Below are positions 56,000 through 62,503 of a stretch of 62,503 bases of DNA, in pieces (within the stretch, counting starts at the first letter, position 1; every line of letters begins with the position of its first letter). Origin of the DNA: a virus (taxonomy: Duplodnaviria; Caudoviricetes); the IMG/VR virus record IMGVR_UViG_3300022602_000095, positions 1 to 62,503 of that record. One strand, 5' to 3'. A program made the position numbers and the translations under genes. The notes beneath the pieces are model-generated. The model ran no database searches and was not told the origin of the DNA. It saw only the letters and a program-made list of their open reading frames with translations.

Positions 56000-56304
56000 T
56001 TCCATCTCCTTCTTGCTGCGCAACCACGTGTATTTTTACCTGCACAACCACCAGCTGGTATCCAGGCTCTACTTCTAGCACAAAAACTCTTTCTACGCTT
56101 TGAAGCCTTTGATCCCTTCTTAACTTTACCTGTTACAGGTGCTTTAAGATGAGATCCAGTCGCACGATTATATTTCGCTCTACCTTTAGCTGTTAAGCCA
56201 CCACCACGACTTACAGGTAATTTTTCACCTCGTTTAATTGAAAGGCTGAGTCCATTCTTTTCTTCCAATACTTCAATGAAGCGCGATTCAAACAAACTTT
56301 GCAT
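55993..56304 (-). CDS. small Cys-containing basic protein (DUF6321-like)
   Basis: GGLTAKGRAKYNR.TG..LKAPV...RRKSFCAR...RRWKC. Confidence 0.75.
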   Translation of the reverse strand: MQSLFESRFIEVLEEKNGLSLSIKRGEKLPVSRGGGLTAKGRAKYNRATGSHLKAPVTGKVKKGSKASKRRKSFCARSRAWIPAGGCAGKNTRGCAARRRWKC

Positions 56305-56339
56305 ATTATTATTTATCAGAAGAATAAATATATTTACAT

Positions 56340-56957
56340 ATGGCTCTTAATTTTATCGATGATATTAATGCTCTCTACGTTAACAGAGTATTCTTAAAGG
56401 AAAATGTTGGTTCAGGTACTGGTCCGAACGTTGACGGTCCATCTGAAGGTAAAGCTGAAGATTACGAAGCACCACATAGAGATTGTTTATGTACAGGTGA
56501 TAGTAATGAATGTTCATGTGAGCACGAAGAAGACGAGATGGTATTTGCGCCAACAAATAAAACAAAAGAAGGTGAATACCCTGAAGATAGTGAGCACAAA
56601 CATCATGAATCAAATGCATATATGGCCAAACAACAGCTTTACAGAACTGTTAAGATGGCATCAATGTTACATGATATTATTAAAGATGAGGAAGAACTTG
56701 AACCTTGGATGGCTGCAAAGATTACTCAAGCTTTCGACGACTTAAATTCAATTTTTGGTTACAAGGACTATCAGCATTTTAGAGATCAAATTGATCACGA
56801 TATGGAGATAGAAGAAAAAACAGAGCACGATCTATATAAGAGTATAGATCAGGGCGGTGAATCGTTGATTAATAAAATCAAAGAAATGATGCGTGGTCAG
56901 TCGAAAGAAAAAGTTGAGACAGCTGTTTACGGTATGATCAAGATGCTCGAAGCTTAA
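56340..56957 (+). CDS. acidic late protein, probable head component
   Basis: MAKQQL...LEPWMAAKIT motif; TAAATA promoter. Confidence 0.6.
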   Translation: MALNFIDDINALYVNRVFLKENVGSGTGPNVDGPSEGKAEDYEAPHRDCLCTGDSNECSCEHEEDEMVFAPTNKTKEGEYPEDSEHKHHESNAYMAKQQLYRTVKMASMLHDIIKDEEELEPWMAAKITQAFDDLNSIFGYKDYQHFRDQIDHDMEIEEKTEHDLYKSIDQGGESLINKIKEMMRGQSKEKVETAVYGMIKMLEA

Positions 56958-56958
56958 T

Positions 56959-57576
56959 TTATTTCAAATTCTTTCTTATATCATCAAAAAGAACTCTTGC
57001 CTCATCTTCAGGCATCCCTGTAGGTAAAATCTTTTTAAACGCTGTAAAATCTCCTAGTTTAGCCAAATTACGTGCTTTGGTAGCGCTTATTCCCGACGCA
57101 TCATCACTATCTGGATCACGGTTCTCACCAGCTACAGCTGTCTTAAAGCTTGTTAAATTTAAACGCTTTTCAGGATCTGGATTATTAATATATTTGTTAA
57201 ATAAAGCATCATACTCAGCTGCACGGTCACTACCACAAACAAGTGTTAAATCTTGATAACCACTATCAATTAAGAATTGCACAGCGTCAAAGATTGTTTT
57301 AATTTTATCCGAATCAATAAAATTAACTTGCGGCAATGTAGCATTCAAAGCTTTCATCTTATCTGAATACGGAATAGGGTTCTTTTTTGCATCTTGAGTC
57401 TTTGTAACAACTACAAAGGTATCTGCTTTCTCCTGTCTTCCTACTTCAACAGCTTTTGCTATTAATAATTCATGTCCAAGAGTAGGTGGATTCATTCTAC
57501 CAAAAACAAATACAGCTTTTGTATTTGTCGGCTTAATATCAGAAATAATCTTCTCAACAAGTGTTTTAAAGCTCAT
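56959..57576 (-). CDS. HIGH-family cytidylyl/nucleotidyltransferase
   Basis: FGRMNPPTLGH, KNP, GSDR, ISAT..R; start moved to MSFKTLVE. Confidence 0.85.
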   Translation of the reverse strand: MSFKTLVEKIISDIKPTNTKAVFVFGRMNPPTLGHELLIAKAVEVGRQEKADTFVVVTKTQDAKKNPIPYSDKMKALNATLPQVNFIDSDKIKTIFDAVQFLIDSGYQDLTLVCGSDRAAEYDALFNKYINNPDPEKRLNLTSFKTAVAGENRDPDSDDASGISATKARNLAKLGDFTAFKKILPTGMPEDEARVLFDDIRKNLK

Positions 57577-57577
57577 A

Positions 57578-58693
57578 TTATGATCCAAATTTTTCTGCAC
57601 CTGCCTCACCACCACCAACACCATATGGTGCACCTACAAAAATTGTTTTATTATTTGTTATGGGATCTGGGTATCCTGAATAATCATCATCTCCTAATAA
57701 TGCATTAGTACTTGTCATGCCTTCAAGTTCTTCATCATCTTCTCTTTCTTGAGCTCCAAATTTCGAGCTCATGAAATGCGGACTATTTACCTTAAACATT
57801 AGATCGCCAGCCTTAATAACATATCCCTCAATATCACCAAGAAGACCTTCAGTCTTAAGAAGATTATTAACAATCTTTGTATACATCTGTTTTTGTATAG
57901 GTAAAAGCTTTTCATTAATCTTAGATTCAAGTTCTTTTCTACGCTGAACAAGCTTGTTGCGACCAGGTCCACCAATAGCAATTTGATCTTTTAACTCCGT
58001 TAGTTCCTGTTCTATCTTAGTTAAATTACTAAGAGCCTTCTGTGCATTTAGTAATTCAGGTCTAAGATCAATTGAATGAAAAACATTAACGTTAGGTAAA
58101 ATAAATTTTACCTCCTTATCATTAATAGATGTTAGTTTCTTGATGATCGAAGCGGCATTAGTACCCTCTTCTCCTTGTACATTAATAACAATAAATGTCG
58201 ACCAAGTACCTAATCTATCCTTATTATATTGTGCAACAACAAAACTTACTTTTCCGGAATTAGGATCTGCTTCGAGTGCATTAGGTGAATAGAGCCATTC
58301 AAGTTGAACAGTAACATTATGCTTACCGATAATTGGACTAATTAAATGCTTAATGCGTTCAAAGCTATTCATAAACGCCTGGCGAGCTGGTGGATATTTA
58401 ATAGCAGTTATAAAATCTTCAGGTTTATATACTTTACCTGAATAGCTTGAGCGTACAAAAAATCCATTCTCGTCATTGCCAACCTTAAGAGCCATACCGT
58501 CAACTTTCTCTGTTACAGTTGAATTCTCAGGTGTAATCATTCCCTTGTTTTGCTGTAAATAGCTAACAAAGCGTTTAAAGTTATCTATACTCATTGAGTA
58601 TAACTCCGGCTTATTTTGGGAATAAAGATGTTGGATACCTACTCTATCACCCTCTTTTGGTGCTTCTGTTAAAAATTGTTTAAATGTAATCAT
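57578..58693 (-). CDS. ATP-dependent ligase-like nucleotidyltransferase
   Basis: I.HL, TEKVDG (KxDG), EGYVI..FK motifs; MITFKQFLTE start. Confidence 0.65.
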   Translation of the reverse strand: MITFKQFLTEAPKEGDRVGIQHLYSQNKPELYSMSIDNFKRFVSYLQQNKGMITPENSTVTEKVDGMALKVGNDENGFFVRSSYSGKVYKPEDFITAIKYPPARQAFMNSFERIKHLISPIIGKHNVTVQLEWLYSPNALEADPNSGKVSFVVAQYNKDRLGTWSTFIVINVQGEEGTNAASIIKKLTSINDKEVKFILPNVNVFHSIDLRPELLNAQKALSNLTKIEQELTELKDQIAIGGPGRNKLVQRRKELESKINEKLLPIQKQMYTKIVNNLLKTEGLLGDIEGYVIKAGDLMFKVNSPHFMSSKFGAQEREDDEELEGMTSTNALLGDDDYSGYPDPITNNKTIFVGAPYGVGGGEAGAEKFGS

Positions 58694-59385
58694 AAAAATG
58701 TATGTCCTGTTGTTACTTCTGCGTCTTTTACAATTTCCTTCGCCTGAGCAGAGCCATATATTTGTACAAGCTTCTTAGTAATTGTCTGTATATTATTTAA
58801 ATCTTTAGCAGTAGAATTTTTATCAAAAATTGCTTTTGCAATTATATCAGGATCTCTAGAGATGAGTTGTTTTGTTTCTCTACTGAATAGACCGTTTGTC
58901 GATAACGTAAGTCCTTTATGTTTAGCTATAGCTGATAAAAGGATATTTCTATCCCTACCCTTAAAGGGAACTTGTTCATTAGCTGCATAAAAGAATTTAA
59001 GATACTCAGGATCGTCATGGAACATAAAATCTACCTGTACAAAATTACCTGTCATCTTACCTTCTTTATTCCAAACTGGCGATAAGAAGTGTACTGATAC
59101 TCCTGATTTTTTTGTGCCTATAATATCGTTATTATTTTTTTTCCAGAATTCTTGCAATTTACTCTCCAAGGTTGCCTTACTAATAGTTTTTGCATCAACA
59201 ACAAGATCTATATCGCCAGAATCAGCAGCTCTGCCTGTTGTACCAAGCATATTATTTAAAAGTGGAAGACCGGTAATTCTCTCAAGATGCCGTACTGTGG
59301 GTACGACGTCTTCACGAGATATACGGCCTGTATCTGTAAATACATTGCCACCTTCTTTTAAAATATATGACTTAAAGGTTAACAT
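58690..59385 (-). CDS. Pol-beta-superfamily nucleotidyltransferase
   Basis: EGGNVF, LGTTG...SGDIDL, VQVDFM, KG..RNILL. Confidence 0.75.
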   Translation of the reverse strand: MLTFKSYILKEGGNVFTDTGRISREDVVPTVRHLERITGLPLLNNMLGTTGRAADSGDIDLVVDAKTISKATLESKLQEFWKKNNNDIIGTKKSGVSVHFLSPVWNKEGKMTGNFVQVDFMFHDDPEYLKFFYAANEQVPFKGRDRNILLSAIAKHKGLTLSTNGLFSRETKQLISRDPDIIAKAIFDKNSTAKDLNNIQTITKKLVQIYGSAQAKEIVKDAEVTTGHTFL

Positions 59386-59824
59386 CAGTCTTTAAGTAAG
59401 GATCTTGCTTATTCATGGCCGCAAGTATCTGCTTATATTTGTTTATAAAGTTACCCGTATTAATACTATTGATAAACTTCTTAACATTAATATTATCCAA
59501 TCTTTCAGGATTATCAGCATACATTTCGTTTTGTTTAATAGCAGCTTCTAAGGCTGTCTGCATTGGAAATGCATTTTCTGCTGTAATATCTGTTCTATAA
59601 ATTTCATCCAAAGCACCTGGTGGAAAAGTCATTGCAGCTGCTTTTGATAAAAGATTAACAAGCCCTACATAACCCTCAGGAGCAACTTGCGCTACGGTAT
59701 TATCGGTAGGTGCTGGTGCATTAGGATCAGGCGCTGTAGCATCAGGCGCTGCAGCATCAGCTGATGTGTCATCTGCTTCATTAAGAACTGACCATTCCTT
59801 GTTAATTTTATCGATAAATTTCAT
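59372..59824 (-). CDS. hypothetical late protein
   Basis: TAAATA-N6-ATG; VLNEA followed by an Ala/Pro linker. Confidence 0.6.
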   Translation of the reverse strand: MKFIDKINKEWSVLNEADDTSADAAAPDATAPDPNAPAPTDNTVAQVAPEGYVGLVNLLSKAAAMTFPPGALDEIYRTDITAENAFPMQTALEAAIKQNEMYADNPERLDNINVKKFINSINTGNFINKYKQILAAMNKQDPYLKTDVNL

Positions 59825-59840
59825 CGTAAGTATTTAGTAT

Positions 59841-60416
59841 CTATACATAGATAAGTTGCTTTGTTTTGAGTTGTTCAAAGTACTTCTCACTTAGAAATGT
59901 TAATTCATTACGTTTAACGAAATTCTTAACTCTTGCAAATGTATAATATGATCTAATAAAGCTTTTCTCCCAAGCAAAATTACGAATACGCTCAATGAGT
60001 TCTACAACATCACCGTTACGTTTTGTATATAAATGATTGATTAAATTAAATTCAATATTTTCATAACCATATATGCTTATTGGTAGAAGTTTAGCCAGCT
60101 GTAATGCAGCTCTATCAACGTATCTTTCAATTTGTTGTTTGTCAAAATATTGTATGATACGAGTATTTGAAAGATCTAATTGTATAGATTTAAGAATAAC
60201 AATACGTTCTTTTGATTTTAAAGAGAGCAAATATTCACAAGTACCGTGAAAGATGTGATGATATAGAAGTTTCTTAATATCTTTAGTGATTTTCTTCGAT
60301 GTAAGAAGCTGATATTTTGCAAGATCATTAATAAAATCAATCTCTATAGTGCTAAAGATTGACTCAAAACTTATTAATCTAAGATTAAACTGATTAAATG
60401 TACAACTCTCAATCAC
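59841..60416 (-). CDS. hypothetical protein
   Basis: GTG start 6 nt after TATAAT. Confidence 0.6.
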   Translation of the reverse strand: MIESCTFNQFNLRLISFESIFSTIEIDFINDLAKYQLLTSKKITKDIKKLLYHHIFHGTCEYLLSLKSKERIVILKSIQLDLSNTRIIQYFDKQQIERYVDRAALQLAKLLPISIYGYENIEFNLINHLYTKRNGDVVELIERIRNFAWEKSFIRSYYTFARVKNFVKRNELTFLSEKYFEQLKTKQLIYV

Positions 60417-60431
60417 TAATTCATTATAACA

Positions 60432-60857
60432 CTATAAATTATAATTTGCAAGCTCTTGTTTTGGAGCTTTTCCTATTCTTACATTACATATACCATTATA
60501 ATAATCATCTCTTAAAAGTACATCTTCACCTAGCTGTTCTTTTATTTCATAATAAGCTAACGCCCATTTAGAGTTACAAGTACGTAGAATCTTAAAAATA
60601 AATTTATCTTTACCGTGCTTTATTATATCCGCATTTAATTCATTAGATGAACTGGTATATGTCTTCCAATCAGATTCTTTGTGTTCAATACGACTATTTT
60701 TCCTACCCTTAAGAGGCTTGCGTTTTATACGGCTTGTACATTGCTTCTTACCGATGTATTTCTTATTATTAACAGTATTAACAATCAAATAAATAAAACC
60801 AAAGGTATCTTCTGTTATAACAACACCTTCATTCAATAACCAATGACCACTATCCAT
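60432..60857 (-). CDS. GIY-YIG-like nuclease (conserved T4-like family)
   Basis: GFIYLI.N..N.KKYIGKK, ESDWK.Y.SS, YYN. Confidence 0.8.
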   Translation of the reverse strand: MDSGHWLLNEGVVITEDTFGFIYLIVNTVNNKKYIGKKQCTSRIKRKPLKGRKNSRIEHKESDWKTYTSSSNELNADIIKHGKDKFIFKILRTCNSKWALAYYEIKEQLGEDVLLRDDYYNGICNVRIGKAPKQELANYNL

Positions 60858-60868
60858 GTAGATAGTTA

Positions 60869-61114
60869 TTACACACCTGATAAACGTCTACGTTTAATAG
60901 GTACTTTAACTTTTTTCTTTCTACCTGTCGCCTTAGCACCTAATATAGCAGGCATTCTTGCGTCCCCAGGTGCATAAGCATTATCATTTTGTGAAGGAAA
61001 TTGATTTCCATAATTACCTGATGTTACAGGTCCTGTTACCGCGCCAGCGCCTCCTGCAATGTTGGCAGCCATTTCAGCTAAAAGTCTATCTACAAGTGTA
61101 TTGAAATTGCTCAT
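60869..61114 (-). CDS. small protein containing a copy of the gp23 N-arm motif
   Basis: YGNQFPSQNDNAYAPGDARMPAIL vs gp23 YGNQFPSQNDSAYASGDARLPKIL. Confidence 0.75.
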   Translation of the reverse strand: MSNFNTLVDRLLAEMAANIAGGAGAVTGPVTSGNYGNQFPSQNDNAYAPGDARMPAILGAKATGRKKKVKVPIKRRRLSGV

Positions 61115-61144
61115 TGATTTTTTAAGTACCTTATACTATATTTA

Positions 61145-61540
61145 ATGTTAATGCTTGAGGATTATATCAAAGAATTAGAGGAAGATCTTAAGATTAATGA
61201 ATTAAATCTTAAGGACTATCAGCTTCGTTTACCTGCTATTAAACACAAATGGACAGGTAGAATGATTCGTCTTAAGTCTCTCATCAATAATCTTAAGAAG
61301 CAAAAAGATAAAATTAAATCTGATATTATGTCAGAGATTGATCATACTAGTGCTGTTAAATTAACTCAGCCTGTTATAGCTGCTACTGCTGATAAGCACA
61401 GTAAAATACAGGATATTAATAAACAAATTCAAGATGCTGAGCTAATTGTTGAACTTTTAGAACGCTCTGAAAAGACGTTAAGTAGTTGCTCATATGATAT
61501 ATCAAATATCATAAAGATTATGCAGCTTGAAACGACATGA
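61145..61540 (+). CDS. uvsY: recombination mediator
   Basis: DLKI...L...P..KHKW, coiled coil, YDI.NII; directly upstream of uvsW. Confidence 0.75.
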   Translation: MLMLEDYIKELEEDLKINELNLKDYQLRLPAIKHKWTGRMIRLKSLINNLKKQKDKIKSDIMSEIDHTSAVKLTQPVIAATADKHSKIQDINKQIQDAELIVELLERSEKTLSSCSYDISNIIKIMQLETT

Positions 61541-62503
61541 TAAAGTTTGATTACGACGAGAAAAAAAAGCTTGGTATTATCTCAGGAGAGATGTTTGATG
61601 AGATACGTGAGCATTTCTCAGTAAAAAATGAAGCAGCACATTTTATGCGTCGCCGAGGGCGCTTTATGCCTTCAAGAACTTACGCTATCACACCGACAGG
61701 AAGGTTTGAACCCTGTCTATATACAGAAATAAAGAAATTCTTAACTAGTGTACAGTACGTTGGTGAGATTGAATACAGTAAAGGTGTATTTGAGCAAGTT
61801 GTACCAGCAAGACATGGTTGGCATCAACAGTTAGATTTTAAAAATGAGATTTTACCTCTTAAACTTGAATTAAGAGACTACCAGGAAGAGATTGTAAAAA
61901 CATGTTTGTTTAACGGTAGAGGTACAATAATTTTAGCTACAGCAGGGGGTAAGACTCTTACATCAGCATCATTGATATCAAAAGTATACCAGCTTTATAT
62001 GTCTCCATATAATAAACAAAATTTTAAATGTCTGTTTATTGTACCTGATCGAGGACTTGCGTCTCAGACTTATCAAGATTTTATTGATTACGGTGTACCA
62101 TTTAGTGTATCAAAATGGACAGGTGACGATGATTTAGATTTATCATCAAATGTAATTGTTTCAAATCTTGGTATCTTACAAAGCAAAAATAGTAACTTAG
62201 AATGGCTTGCAGATATTGACCTGCTTATTGTTGATGAATGCTTGCGTTCAAATACACTCATAACAACTGATAAGGGATACAAAAAAATACAAGATATTAA
62301 AGTTGGGGATATAGTTAAGTCATATAACTGTATTACACACAAGGAAGAGTTAAAACCCGTAATCAACACATGGAAGAATTTGATTAAAAGTAATTCTTAT
62401 ACATATTTTTTAGAGATAGAGCTTGAAAATGGGTCTCTTATACAAGTTACTCCAAATCATAAAATATATACAAGCCGCGGCATGGTTAGAGCTGATGAGC
62501 TCA
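61537..62503 (+). CDS. uvsW: UvsW-like SF2 helicase (partial, runs off window), intein-containing
   Basis: Hand-translated: LRDYQ, ATAGGKT, IVP..L..Q, LIVDE; no stop before the window end. Confidence 0.9.
   Translation, partial: MIKFDYDEKKKLGIISGEMFDEIREHFSVKNEAAHFMRRRGRFMPSRTYAITPTGRFEPCLYTEIKKFLTSVQYVGEIEYSKGVFEQVVPARHGWHQQLDFKNEILPLKLELRDYQEEIVKTCLFNGRGTIILATAGGKTLTSASLISKVYQLYMSPYNKQNFKCLFIVPDRGLASQTYQDFIDYGVPFSVSKWTGDDDLDLSSNVIVSNLGILQSKNSNLEWLADIDLLIVDECLRSNTLITTDKGYKKIQDIKVGDIVKSYNCITHKEELKPVINTWKNLIKSNSYTYFLEIELENGSLIQVTPNHKIYTSRGMVRADEL
62239..62503 (+). mobile_element. intein (N-terminal part) inserted in the helicase DExH motif
   Basis: DE|CLRSNTLITTDKG.KKIQDIKVGD.V block A; IQVTPNHKIYT block B. 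Confidence 0.9.

Noticed and set aside
62088-62369. Minus-strand 93-aa ORF
   Set aside because: Antisense to uvsW, which the ORF track missed because it has no stop inside the window
1-62503. Stop-codon reassignment, tRNA or rRNA genes
   Set aside because: Conserved genes are uninterrupted in the standard code and all three stops are used; no cloverleaf or rRNA-like region was recognised by eye (tRNAscan-SE would confirm)

Overview
A 62.5-kb, AT-rich segment of a large T4-like (myovirus) phage genome in the standard genetic code. No tRNA, rRNA or CRISPR array was seen. (1) 1-9.1 kb: about 30 small co-oriented early genes driven by 14 copies of a TTG-N3-(N)TTCC...-10 promoter. Most of these transcripts are leaderless and start ATGAAAA. 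Two paralogous antisense HNH endonuclease cassettes interrupt this region. (2) 9.4-21.5 kb: mixed late/middle genes, including a ubiquitin-like MoaD/ThiS protein, a frameshifted HiPIP-like gene, a SemiSWEET, a PD-(D/E)xK nuclease, a PRTase, a tail fibre with its chaperone and a gp5-like spike. (3) A dispersed 7-deazaguanine DNA-modification pathway: DpdA3-like TGT, DpdN-like formyltransferase, Nmad/DUF1599-like protein, two P-loop kinases, QueF, QueE, QueD and FolE. (4) The head/neck module (gp23, gp22, gp21, gp4, gp13, gp20, gp15). (5) DinG helicase, GroES, gp62 and a 12-gene glycosyl/methyltransferase island. (6) Many small proteins with T4-type capsid-targeting N-termini, including three different nucleotidyltransferase folds, followed by uvsY and an intein-containing uvsW. 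The most unusual observations are: a covarying structured element upstream of both HNH genes that carries a 19-nt copy of each gene's own start region (candidate self-targeting guide or antisense RNA); a small protein that copies the major capsid protein N-arm; and an AUU-initiated gp15 with the only strong SD noticed. All product calls are from motifs recognised by eye; no database search was run.
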